In this document: one piece after another, positions 38,867 to 51,140 of the stretch
How positions within the stretch are numbered: position 1 is the first letter of the stretch
Layout of the letters: each line of letters opens with the position of its first letter
Assembly: GCA_024137785.1 (NCBI GenBank)
Contig: JAHRHZ010000024.1
Coordinates: 9,475,885 to 9,539,884, forward strand
DNA from: Ginglymostoma cirratum
Lineage: Eukaryota
Length of the DNA: 64,000 nucleotides
Direction of reading: 5' to 3'
Made by a program: the position numbers and the translations under genes
Notes under the pieces: generated by a model
Databases searched by the model: none
What the model was told of the DNA's origin: nothing
What the model saw: only the letters and a program-made list of their open reading frames with translations

Positions 38867-39944
38867 CATTGGTTGGCGTGTTGTGTCAGTGGGAGTGGTG
38901 GAGTGTGGGCCATGGTCACTCCTGGGATCTGCTCAGTGAAAGTCAAGAGTGTTAATAGATGCCACTGCTGTAGCAGGGAAGTTGCAAAACTCGAGTCTAG
39001 GGATTGGAGGCAGTATGCTGGGATGAAGAGGGGCCGATAATTGGAAAGGGAATAACTCAACATATAAGTGGGGAAGACAACAGTACATTGAAGGAAATAA
39101 GTTACTGTGAGAAGGGGGCCATCAACAGTCACACCCTCCCTGTCTTCAATGGGAACAGTGTAGCACGATGGTTGGCATGAATAAGCTGTAGGGCTGAGTG
39201 TCAGGGAGTAACGTCGGGAGATACAGTCACAATTCTGAGAGCTGAGTGCGAACATGTTGAAGCTCAGTACTGATGGGGCTAATGAGGAATGCAAGGAAGG
39301 AAGGATCACTGATGTTTGGGATGGTCGCTTTGATCACCAGGTTGAGCTGCTCACCATGCCAAATGTGACCTACATTGCCTTCCACATTCATTCAAAACAT
39401 AAATGTTCAAATGGAAATTGAAAATTGCCGTAATCATACTTCACTTTGGCATTTTTTTTTAAACTCTTCTTGAGCTCAGGCTGTACTAATGGATGACACA
39501 CAGCCCTTCTGGGACAATTGCACTAATCAGGCACTTTCACAGTGCAGGTTGAAGTAATCTGGAATCATAGCACCCTGCATGTGAAGTGCGTGCAGTGTGT
39601 AACTGTGTGGGATACACATTCTGGCCACAAGCAATCTTGGCCATGTCATTGGACATTACAGATTGATCAAGGTCAATGCTGAAACAAAAGTAACCACAGG
39701 CACGCTGGGCCACAGTTCACAAATACAGTCTTGTAGGCTGTACATTGACATAGAGCTGATTCCCTCTCAACTTAAACCATGAATATTAACCAGCATGCTC
39801 TTATATACGATTCTGTCTTCATCGGGAATGGACAGAAAAGGTATCAGTAATTATTCAGCATTTATGATCTTCTACCACATTTGCACAGCTTGGCTTGTGC
39901 TACATTCATTATGAGTGCCCCAAGTCAAAGGTTTATGTAGAGGC

Positions 39945-40490
39945 GTTTCATGGCCCACCTTTTCTGCAATTGGCTGCTTTCAAAATCCACTGGGTCCTGT
40001 GTGGGATCTCAAAATCCATGACCTATAAATGTACCAGGCTGTTACCAATGTAATTTGTGCCAGACCACACTGCTTCATCTCCAATTCTCCATGACAAAGT
40101 CGATACTGCAGAATGGGCAATAGGCTTTGCCATGATAGCTGGCCACCTCCGTGTGCATGGTACTACAGACTGTGCACACAACATGTTGAGAGGCCCATTT
40201 CATAACACAACTGACTTCAGCAGAAAAGGTTTCTGTTTAATACCTGTGATCATCAGTACCACATCTCTGAGGTTTGTGCTTGGTACCCTTATATGATCAT
40301 TATATCCTTGGAAACTGCCATGTTTCTGTTATATTTCAAGGTCAGATATCTTACAGGGATAGTTGCTGGGAGATAAAATGTACCATCTGCAACCTTGCAA
40401 CTCCACTATGTAATGCTTTGACTGAAGCTGAGCGTAGATACAATGCAGCCCCATACTTCCAACAGAGCCATGATGGAATGGACAATAGAC
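39945..40490 (+). pseudogene. Decayed PIF/Harbinger (HARBI1-like) DDE transposase
   Basis: Ordered motifs across frames: LCGISKS, GFAMIAG..VHGTTDCAH, SRKGF, D.YIL, LLGDK, TPLCNALTEAERRYN. Confidence 0.8.
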
Positions 40491-40967
40491 ACTACGAAGA
40501 TGAAGTTCTGATAATTGGATCAGGTTGTGGGGACAGTGCCATACAATGACTGTTGATTAGACAGATGATGATGTAAAAAAGCAATGTATTTAAAAATGTG
40601 CACTTGTATTAATGGCAAAGGATCAGCCATATCATCTTTGTGTCTTCCAAAGCATTTCTTTTCGTTTCCCTTCAATTATATACCATAAGGGGCAGCCCTT
40701 GGATGACACTGTTTGATTTGCTGCATGGCTGGGCTTCAAAAATGGTGATGGCATGGGAATCTTGGGAGATGCCAATGATAGTGCGTACTTCCATCTTTGC
40801 TGTAGTGGTATGGTGCACAGTTAATGAGGCAAACTGCAGAGAATAGCACAAGGAAACTCGCTAGAGCTCACAGAGAGAAACTCTCCATGAAAATCCCCAA
40901 ACTTGACACGTAACCGATAGCTGGTAAAATTTAGTCTGTTGTTTCTGATGGAACACACAGGTATCCC

Positions 40968-41943
40968 TTATTATGGACCAGACCAAACTCCTCAAAATGT
41001 TCTGAAGATAGTCTAGACCTTAACTTTTTCTTATCTTAGAGATAAGTGGAAGGTGTTGCATTCCGGATGTTATTCAATTAGTCAAACTACCAGATTTGAA
41101 GCAAAACACATTTTATTCATATACTATAGTTAAATACAACAAAAGAAAGAAAAAAACTTAGAATAACTTCGCGCTATTGGAAACTCAATAGAATAATAAA
41201 TATAGCAATTATTAATTATTAACTGTTCCAATATAGTAACATCCCATAAACACATGTTTGGCAAAGGCAAATTTGGGAAAATTATTTATCTCACAAGCAA
41301 TTCCAACAGCAGGAGGGATCAACATCAAGAGAAACCTCTGAGATAAAGAGTAGCAGGGAGACATGTACTGCAGCTTCCACCCAGCTTCAAGACCCAGCAA
41401 CATCTATTGAAAAGTAAAACTAAAAATCCTGGTTCAGTGGGATCTTAATCCCACTCATTCAGGCTGCTTCTATTGTTCCAACTTAAAAAAAGTCTAAGGC
41501 CTCACAAGCTGTTTACTTTATTGGATCCAAAGACATAACTTGTACCTCTGTATCAGAATCAGAATCCCTACAGTGTAGGGACAGGCCCTTTGGCCTAACA
41601 AGTCCACACTGACCCTTGGAGCATCCCACCCAGACCCATCCCCCCTATAACCCACACACCCCTGAACACTATGGGCAATTTAGCATGGCCAATCCACCTA
41701 GCCTGCACATCTTTGGACTATGGGAGGAAACCAGAGCACCCAGAGAAAACCCATGCAGACATAGGGAGGATGTGCAAACACCACACAGACAGTCACCTGA
41801 GGCTGGAATCGAACCTGGGTCCCTGGTGATGTGAGGCTGTAGTGCTAACCATTGAGCCACTGTGCCACCCCCAAACTGCTGTCTAAAACCTCTGTTCAAA
41901 AAAAAGGACAAAATATACCTCTTAAAGCCATACTATCACCATA
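40968..41943. mobile_element. Possible solo LTR carrying an HE1 insertion
   Basis: AT-rich non-coding block with minus-strand aataaa that resumes after the SINE; termini degenerate. Confidence 0.35.
41555..41870 (-). mobile_element. Full-length HE1/V-SINE-like SINE
   Basis: Same head, V-domain and tail as 34531-34850. Confidence 0.9.
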
Positions 41944-43483
41944 CCCTTCTTTCAAAAATAGTACCATGCTAAGTAATAAAGTCCAATGTACATTACTTTA
42001 CGTGAGTAGAAACACCAATCCAAAGTGTTGCACGTGCCATTCATACATTAGTTCAAAGTGTTATAAATCACTGTTTAGGTTTTGGCTGGAGTACAGGGCA
42101 GAATTATCCTAGTATCTAAATGACATGGGTAGTGGTAAGACAGTTGGAAGCATGTGGTGAAAATGAAAATTGTGACTCTCAATTTGGAAAGGTTTTCCCA
42201 TTTAAGGTATCAACAGCTAAATGAAAATCCTGATTGTAACCAGCGGCGACTCTACTTCCATTAGTTTGTATTTCATTATTATTTCACCTAATTTCTATGT
42301 ATGTTGTAATCATCCCGGGTATTGGTGAGATGTTAGATGGTGCCAATTTCCAATTTAAAGTCAGCTCACTGGCATCTTCTTCAGGCTTCCATGTTGCCCA
42401 ACATCTTAGGGCACACTCCCAGGGCAGCAACCACCACCGCCCTTCATCTGGCTTCACCATATCACCTTGGCACATCTCAGTAATTTATAGCACAATGTAC
42501 ACTTGCAATTTGGAACTGACTGACAGCTTACATTGCAAAGGTCTCCAGACTGCTTTGCTTGTAGGGACTTACCCCATGACATGCATCAAAGGAGGGTGCA
42601 GATCAGCTTGCTTTCTTAGCGCTCGCTTACTTTGTGCTTACTTCCATCTCTGCATTACATTTTTGCATATTGCTGCTTTATTCAGAACTCTACAGGAGCA
42701 CAACAGCTCTCTGTTGTCTTGCCTCAGCTTTTAGTGCAGATAAAACAAAAGCAGCTTGTCATGGTTGAGTAATTGACCAGCCAAGGGAATGTATATGTTG
42801 GCGTGTGGAACTATGTTACATCAACGTCAGGTCCAGAGCATGCATCAACGGCTTATTCAGTAAACTCACAGCACATGCTTCAACCTACGGCTGAGTCTAA
42901 AAGCCTAATAGGAATCGTTCTAAGTCAAGTGAAGGGGGTGGATGGTAAGTCAGAGCATGCCATCACAATCAGTTAAGGGCATTGACCAAGCTCAGTCCAG
43001 GGAGTTGGCCATGGTCAGTTTGGCACTTGATGTGATCAGGATCTAGGGATATGAGTCCTTCCAGTCCTAGGATTGAGCCACAGTTTTTCTTGAGGGTCAA
43101 GTTCTGCAAGGGATTACCAGTAAGTCATTTGGGGGCTGGACATCCTCTGTTGGGACTTCCCTCCTAAGGTGATCTGGGGATTTGGGTGGTAAACCGCAAA
43201 AGGTTTTGCCCTTAGGCAGTAACGTGATGTGGAATATGGGAAACTCAAGTGTGGTGATAGGCGTCAGTGGACTGGAATACAGAGGGGGAAATCATTGTGA
43301 GCAGGACCTCTCTAGATATAATAGAGGGAGCTGATATAGTATGGGAGGGCTCAGGGTACTTTAGGAGGGAGGGTACTGAGTTATCACCAGTACTTAGGCA
43401 GCAGTTGGGGGCACAGTGGGGAATGATGTTTGGCAATGCGGTGGACCTGCAATGAAGGAGAATAATTGTGGATACTACTCACT

Positions 43484-43650
43484 CAGAGATAGCAAGAACC
43501 GCAGATGTTGGAGTCATAGATAAGACAGTGTGAAACTGGAGGAACACAGCAGGCCATTACAGAATCAGGGTCCTGACCCGAAGCATCAAATTTCCTGCTC
43601 CTCTGATGCTTCTTGGCCTGCTGTGTTCCTCCAGCTCCACATTGTGTTAT
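43484..43650 (-). mobile_element. Palindromic Penelope-derived insert (subfamily A)
   Basis: 43520-43556 is complementary to 43613-43650; flanked by ataatt(g/a)tggatacta at 43462-43477 and 43649-43664. Confidence 0.75.
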
Positions 43651-44393
43651 AATTATGGATACTAATTGTTAAATAAAAGCGTTGCATAGGAATGTGGGGA
43701 GGCTTAAAGCTGATTAAAGGCCAATAGGTGCTTGGTCTTCAGCAGTCCAGTGATCTGGGGTGTTTCTTCCCCGACCTACTGTGGAGATGTGCCAGTCATG
43801 TGCTCACCAGAATGTGCTTCTGATTCTAACCTAGCTAAGATACCCACTGAGGTGAAAATATTTGAGCTGGTGGAGGCTACAAGAGGAAGTCTTATCCTCT
43901 GAGAGATCTGCGGCTTCTTCATGAGAGATAGAGGAGGGGCTGTTCTCTTCAAGGCAAAGGCTATGTGGATCGCTGGTGCCCGCAGAAAGTGAGGGAATGA
44001 GTTGGATGGTAGGGCTAGAAGCTTGAGCATCTTTAACTATGTTCACAACGGAGAAAATGGGGGAGACAACACAATGAACCTTTGTAGGTCACTGGGACAT
44101 GGAGGTCTCAGCATCACCATGTGTGGTAACAGACCTCTCCTATGAACTCAAAGATTTTTTTAATTGTATGTGGCGAGGCGATGAATTTCGGTTGTCCCGT
44201 CACCTATGTTGGTCCTTTCAGTCCTGGCATGAGCTGTTTTCTCCAGCAATGAGGCAAAGCGGGGAGGATTGAGTGAGATGAAGGAGGCTGGAACAGCTGT
44301 AAGTGTTGGTGCAGGTGGGGGAAAGGTGGTGAGGTTTCTCAATGAATGAGTAGGCAGCACAGAGGAGGGCTTAGTAGTTTAGGAGAATGAGGT

Positions 44394-44497
44394 GGGTCAT
44401 TAACATTCTGGCAGCATTGACGTGTGTTCCTCCAGATCAGATCATTCTTCTAGTGTTTAGTTCCTGGAAACAGTGAGCACTTTTGCCTCTGCAACAG
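44394..44497 (-). pseudogene. Myb/SANT-like (Harbinger second-gene) remnant
   Basis: Minus strand LLQRQKCSLFPG...RNTRQCCQNVND resembles R..LFP...RT..QC.K..NDL. Confidence 0.45.
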
Positions 44498-44669
44498 CGC
44501 ATTTCAAGAGCAGGATCATTAAGGCTAGTCAAGTAATTAATGAGGTGACTAGTGGAGAATTGCATAGCAAAAGTCATCAGGGTTCATGGACGGAAGCCTT
44601 CCATGTAATTCCCAAGAATCTGCACCGAACCAAAATATGGCACAGCTCATTGTATGTTGTTCCAGACAC

Positions 44670-44950
44670 CACACTTTAAGAAGGGTGTATCAGCCTTGGA
44701 AAGGGTTCACGAGAGTAATTGGAATGGTATCAGGGATGAGCAATTCAGTTAAACATGGAGATTCGAGAAATTAGATTGTTTTCCTCAGAGTGAGAAGATT
44801 AAGGGGGGAATTTAATACAAGAATTCAAAAGTAAAGACTGAAAGAAATTATTTCCATTGGCAGGCGGGTTGGTAACCAAAGGACACAGATTTAAGACACT
44901 TAGTAGAATTACCAAAGAAGAGATGAGAAGAATTATTTTTACGCAATCAC
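44670..44950 (+). mobile_element. CR1 3' fragment
   Basis: gagaagattaaggggggaatttaat..aaaggacacagatttaag..gatgagaagaatt. Confidence 0.65.
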
Positions 44951-46468
44951 ATGGAATATAGTTGAACAGAAACCTGTTACAGGTTTACAGGATCATGAGA
45001 AATATTTAGATAACTGTTTAAATAGGTTTTTTCAATGTTCCAATTCCCTGGTGTTGAATCTGCTTAAAACCATTCTTTCAGGCAATCCAAACCTGATCAG
45101 AACTCTCCACATAAAAAATTATTCCACTTATCTATTCTCCTGCCAGTTGAAAACATTTCTCTTTATTTAATCTATCAAAACTCATCATAATAAAATAAAT
45201 TAATTATTGGTTTCCTGACAAATGGAAAAGATTTACTGTGAGATCATCTTCAGTTTATTGATCGCTCAAAGTAAGTTAATGAAAATAGTTTCATTTTTCC
45301 ATCGATTCCACCGCATACATTGATTTAGTGTTTCAGTATATGGAGGCCATATCATTGAAAAGAAAGAGGAGGATGCTGAGTGCAGTGGTGTGTGTGTGTG
45401 GAGTCTACCACATGGTTCTGGCTGACCAGGAAACCTCTTTCTACCTTACTATCTGCCATAAGCTTATCAGAAGGATGTGCAGATTGATAATCAACCTGAC
45501 TAGCAGAGCTTTAAAACACCTTCGGTTGCCAGCAGTTCTGGAGGTGGGACTTGAATGTGGAGCTTCCGGATCAGTGGTCCAACCGCTGCATCACAAAACC
45601 TCCTTCCAGAAGAGTGGCCTCGACATGTCTGATGATATAGGCATCACAGCAAGGGAGGCAGATTCCAGCAAAATTTACCCATATAGTCAGACCGGTCAGG
45701 TTATAGAACTTGTCCAATTAATCGCAAAAAATTGAAGCTGCTAAACCAGGATCTGTAATTCTGCTAGTAACAGGACTATTGGAAATCCTGGTAGATGAAA
45801 ATGGCACCACTTATGCTTCTAACCACTTCCAGTGCAGCTTGCACTATATTTTACAAAATGTGTTTGTACATACATGCAGGGTGTGTGGTAGAAACATCTG
45901 GAAGGCCATTTTCCTGATGTCAGATAATAGTTCTAGCTGTTTTGATGTTAGGAAACTTGGCCCATGTATATCCAATGAACACCTTCCCTGGCAATTCCCT
46001 GACAATGCCTGCTGCCCAAAGCACTGTCACTCGCACCCCTTCGCTACCCTCATCCTGTCCCCTTACTCACATTAGTTGAAGGGCAAAATATTGATCTGCT
46101 GGCGTGTATGATTTACCTCTGCATGGGTAGCTTTTGGAAGTACAATGCTGAATTCTTGAATTGTTCTGGATAGCTGTGCTTACAATCAAGTATGACAAGA
46201 TTTGGTAGCCAACATATGGAGGTTTGCTCTACCTTTTAGCCTTCAATTTGACCAGTAAATGGAGTGAAAGCTGGAGACAGGGACATTCCATGAAGTCCCA
46301 GGAAGAGGAGACAGTTTGCGAAAGAACATTTTACTTCCCTTTCTCCACCTTACCGAGGTGAAGCAACTCAGGTTCAGCAAGAGGGTGGTTGCTGAACTGC
46401 GTCACGTCCTACAACCTGACCTGAAAATTCGCACCAGAACGAGCACAGCCCTGCCAATATGGTCAATG

Positions 46469-46619
46469 AAAACCGAAAGAACTGTGGATGCTGTAAATCA
46501 GGAACAAAAACAGAACTGATGAAGGGTCACCAGACCCGAAACGTTAACACTGATTTTTTTTCTTCACAGGTGCTGCCAGACCTGCTGAGCTTTTCCAGCA
46601 ACTTCTGTTTTTGTTCCTG
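46469..46619 (+). mobile_element. Penelope pLTR insert (subfamily B) with short inverted 5' arm
   Basis: caggaacaaaaacagaa (46499-46515) is complementary to ttctgtttttgttcctg (46603-46619); imperfect flank repeat c.aat..ggtcaatg. Confidence 0.8.
46516..46546 (+). ncRNA. Best-preserved minimal (type I) hammerhead ribozyme motif
   Basis: CUGAUGA-A-GGGUC-acca-GACCC-GAA-ACGU-U: intact core, 5-bp helix II, palindromic helix III. Confidence 0.7.
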
Positions 46620-47059
46620 CTAATTGGGTCAATGTCACAGTGGCATGGAACCTGTGGATCCAGTCCTTTACAGCAGAAGCGGGTCATATTGCAAACATAT
46701 CCCAGTATCCCACCAGTCAACTGGGTATCTTGGAGAGAATGGAGGCCACCTATACTGCAAGAGAGTACATTGTCCCCCAGCAGGGCCAAGCAGGATGAGC
46801 AGGCCAGGACAGCAGAATTCCTGAAGGTGCAGTTTCTCTGCATCTCTGTGACAATGGGGAGAGATACAGGAAATGCGAGGAATACCATTCTTTAAAGTGT
46901 GCCTGCTTCCACTTCTTCATGTTGGTAAATTCTCACTGTCCTAAAAACAGCCATAATGCCATTCATCCTGCGTCAGTCAGCAGTCCTCAGGTCTCCAGGA
47001 AGAACCAAACTGTAGCTGCTTAGTAACAATGGCAAACAAACAAATAAGGCCTATAATAA

Positions 47060-47290
47060 GAGATAACAAGTTGTGGGGCTGGATGAACACAGCAGGCCAA
47101 GCAGCATCAGAGGAGCAGGAAAGCTTGACGTTTTGGGCCTAGATCCTTCATCAGAAAATTTTTTGATGAAGGGTCTCGGCCCGAACCATCAAGCTTTCCT
47201 GCTCCTATGATGCTGCTTGACCTGCTGTGTTCATCCAGCCCCACAACTTGTTGTCTCGGATTCTCCAGCATCTGCAGTACCTTTTATCTC
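47060..47290 (+). mobile_element. Palindromic Penelope-derived element with hammerhead motifs on both strands (47127-47154 minus, 47163-47190 plus)
   Basis: About 95-bp inverted arms; flanked by caaataaggcct at 47041-47052 and 47290-47301. Confidence 0.85.
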
Positions 47291-48212
47291 AAATAAGGCC
47301 TGTACCTGTGATTGCAGATCACTGGCACCCACCAGATCATAATGAGCACAGTGGGTGTTCAATGAAAGCCATGAAGCCACGAGAGACCTGCTTATGGAAT
47401 GGCTTTGATGTCTTGAATTCATGTGGGAGTCCTCCAGTGAATCCTGGAGTGTGTCTTCCAAAGTTCATGGGTGACCTGCTATGGTCTCCATAATATTGCT
47501 AGGATGTGAGCAGAACCAGTGCATGCCAGAAACAACAGGAGGTGAAGGAGGAATAGGATGAGTAGGAAATAAAGGGAAAGGAGGAAGGGAACATGCATTA
47601 TTCATCACTTTGCTTTGGGAGCAGTTTAAGAGAACTTTTTGAGATTCTGCTTTGAATAAAACTACATCCTCTAACCAGTCTGGGTCCACCTTTCCCCACT
47701 TTTCTAACTATCTGTGATACCTGAGAATAACCTCCCTTTGGTTACCAATCAACAACAAGGCTACCCACAAAATGCCTTCTCATTTTTATCTAGCAACACA
47801 TCCAATTATACAAGTAAAAATAAACTATTCACCCGCGTATGTTCCCACTATCTCGGTATGGCTGGTGTTCTTTCTTGTAATAGTGCTCATATACAATGTC
47901 ATGCTTGTGGTTACAGTGGGGAGACCGGAAATGGCAGTGCAGCTTTAAACTGCATTACCTCAGCATGTGTGGGAGCCGGCTGGCTAAGAAAGAACAACAA
48001 AGGTCATATGCAATGGCAGGGCTGGGAGGAAAAATAATGTTACCATGGGAACAAAGGTACAGAACCACTGCCACTTCCATAGGGCAGCACCATAACAAAT
48101 CCAATATTCTGTCCAAGGTTCAATTGTTGAATTGATGTGTCAGCCTGGCTGCCAGTTGAGCACTGAGATTTGCGTTCATGAGCCTGAAAGTCAGCAAACT
48201 CTGACCTCATGA

Positions 48213-48310
48213 ATAAAAACAAAGTTGCTGGAAAAGCTCAGCAGGTCTGGCAGCATCTGTGAAGGAAAGCACAGAGTTAACATTTTGGGTCTGGTGACCC
48301 TTCCTCAGAA
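48213..48310 (-). mobile_element. Penelope pLTR insert (subfamily B)
   Basis: Minus strand ctgaggaagggtcaccagacccaaaatgtt; exact flank repeat ctctgacctcatga at 48199-48212 and 48312-48325. Confidence 0.8.
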
Positions 48311-48739
48311 TCTCTGACCTCATGACCTCTGCCTGGACACTTAGTGCAGTACTGAGACATTGCAGGGCTCCAGTGGACGCTGAGACATTAGCCACCTGAC
48401 ACTGGATCAAGACTGGGTCCGTAAGTTTTTCCTGGAATTGGCTACCTTCTACATTGTAGGAAGGATGCCCTTCAACATCTGCTAAGATGCACATGTCTGA
48501 GCTGGACTTCATCGTGCTTCATGATGTTGACAGGAGACAGTCTGAGGTAACTGCCCACATACCCAACATCTGAATGTAAATCCTCATCACTGTATTACCA
48601 CCCACCACTCCTTTACTGTTTTCTTCTGAGTTCCCTGCAGCAAACTCTTCTGTGAGCTTGCCCTCTGTGGATTTGGTGCAAGGATTATTCCTTTTCCTGT
48701 CTTACCTTGCTTATGCCTGGTAACTCCCAATATACAGAC

Positions 48740-49140
48740 CCTTGGCACCATCCCTGCAAATCTTTTTTGAAGCCTTTCAAGTTTCACAACATCCTTCCTA
48801 TAGCAGGGAGACCAGAATTGAAAGCAATATTCCAAAAGTAGCCTAACAAATGCCCTGGACAACTGCAACATGACCTCCCCACGCCTATACTCAATGCACT
48901 GACCAATAAAGGCAAACATACCAAATGCCTTCTTCATTACCTTGTCTACCTGCGACTCTGCTTTCAAGAAACTGTGAACCTGCACTCCAAGGTCTCTTTG
49001 TTTTGCAACACTCCCCAGGACCTTACTGTGCAATGTATAAGTCCTGCCCTGATTTGCCTTTCCAAAATGCAGCACCTCAGATTTATCTAAATTAAACTCC
49101 ATCTGCCACGCCTGGGCTCATGGGCCCATCTGATCAAGGT
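48740..49140 (-). mobile_element. CR1 ORF2 C-terminal fragment
   Basis: MEFNLDKSEVLHFG..QRDLGVQVH..LEYCFQFWSPCYRKDVVKLERLQKRF. Confidence 0.9.
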
Positions 49141-50421
49141 CATATGACACCATTTGAAACACTTCAAAATATACAGTAAAAATACAATTTTCCATCTATC
49201 CAAACAGCAAAGCTTTATAGTAATCAAGCATCAGAGAGAGAATTCCCTTCTTTATCACATTTATAATTTTGATTTTGCTGTTGCTCTCAATTCCTGCTCT
49301 TAAGTGTCTTGTCTGATAGCCTCTCCCTTGAGTTTACAAACAACTGAGCTTAGACTATTTCAGCTTTGAATAACCTCTTCAGGGTTCTAACTAAACTCTT
49401 CTGGTCTGAAACTTTCAAAATAAACCCTTCCAGTGAAGTAACCTATTTCTAACTTTTCTGAACTAATGTCTTTTTCAGGAGAACAGTGTTAAACATTCCA
49501 CTTCAACTAGGATATCTCTAAACTGAAAATAAAGTTTCCTACCTTTGGCTGTTTCTACTATTCAAAAAGAAGTCACTCTCTGATCTTTCTAACTGAAAGC
49601 AGTTTAATCCTCTTCACTATTTAACCTGTCCCACCATGAAACTCTTCCCAAAGCATTTTTTTCAAATTATCAAATTTCCCTTAGCATTCCAGGAAATATT
49701 TCTCCTATTCTGGTTTAGAAACAAACTCATAGCTCCAGAAATGCTGACAAGACAAACATTAAACCCTCTTGTACACACAGGCCAAAATCCACATGCCACT
49801 AGCTCAGATAAATAAATGATAGTAAAATATATGTAAATCTCACAGTACATCACAATAGTGGCAGAAAGATTATTGACAGCTCAAATATAGGTCCTGAGGT
49901 AGCCATTGATTTGGAGCCATCAATCTTGACCAGTAATAAGGAGAATAGAATCCTCAGGCTGCCTTTGGCTCTACACATGAAAGTATTGTTCTTCATAAAA
50001 AGGAGGCACGGCATTACAATCATAATTGACTTTGAGGCTAGGTAATGGTTTTGAAAACAGATGCCTTTGTTATTTGAAATAGTAGGGTGGAAACGGAAAA
50101 CTGTGGGTGGAAGAAATTACAAAATCTCCCTGGCTGTAAAATCACAGACTGATTCACCTGACAGGCAATCCTGTGAGCTATCACTCCTGTCACAGTGTCT
50201 GGCAAGTGTTAGCTGCAACAGGATGAATCAATCCCAGTAAATTATCAGACAGCTAGCTAACAATGTCATGCATATGATAGACACCCTGTTCAGAGTTTAG
50301 AGCTGGACTGCAAACTGGGAGGCGAGTACACGTCAATATTTAATCTGTTGTCTTGACATTCCTGGAGAATTGGTCAGCAGATAAAAAAAATCCAACTCTA
50401 TTATATTTATTCCTCCCTCAG

Positions 50422-50520
50422 GTGAGGCAAGCAAGGCTTACCTGATCCAATATGGTGGGCTAACTATGACCGCTACATCGTCTGTTAGAACAAAAGAGAT
50501 ACTAGAAAGATAACAGACAG
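50422..50520 (+). other. Candidate cryptic or recursive-splicing exon (99 nt)
   Basis: tttattcctccctcAG|GTGAGG acceptor-donor junction; downstream donor cag|gtaagc; stops in all three frames. Confidence 0.3.
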
Positions 50521-51044
50521 GTAAGCTATGGTAAGAACCACAAATCACTGCACAATCTGTCTCAAAATTAAATTGCAGCTTCTGTTAAAGACCAAGGACT
50601 CTTTGCTCAGCAGGTCAGGCTTGCTGTATTGTAACCAGCAAGCACAGAAAATGAGGATTTGTCGTGATTTGGTAGCACAAAATTCTGGAAAACAAACTGT
50701 TGTGCTTCACCAGATATTTTGTCCCATTGAGTTCCATGTTTTACACACACCCCTCCCCACCAATTAACTTTACAGTTAAATTTTGTTGCTGTGAATCTGT
50801 TTCTCAACTCTTAGGGACAAAACAAATTTCTGCCTTGGTAGAGGCATATAGTTCTCAAAATTACAGTTTGTGCTTTTATCTTCAACATGTTTATGAGCTG
50901 GTCCAGACAGACTCTCCGGTTTATCTGTTACAGAGTGAAAAGTTTCATAATTAGCAAGGGAATCATGGGATACAGTGAATGACTTTGTTCTGCAGAGAAA
51001 TAGTCAGCGGAGGGACACATGCGAAAATTGGTGAATAGCTGCCA

Positions 51045-51140
51045 TCAAGCTGAAAAATTAACTCTGCTTTTCACTCTTCACAGATGGTGCCTGACCTGCT
51101 GAGTATTTCCAGCATTTTGTGTCTTTATTCCAGGTTTCCT
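51045..51140 (+). mobile_element. Penelope pLTR tail (subfamily B-like), old
   Basis: ttaactctgc..cacagatggtgcctgacctgctgagtatttccagc. Confidence 0.6.

Noticed and set aside
39945-40490. Host HARBI1 gene
   Set aside because: Numerous frameshifts and stops; consistent with a dead transposon copy
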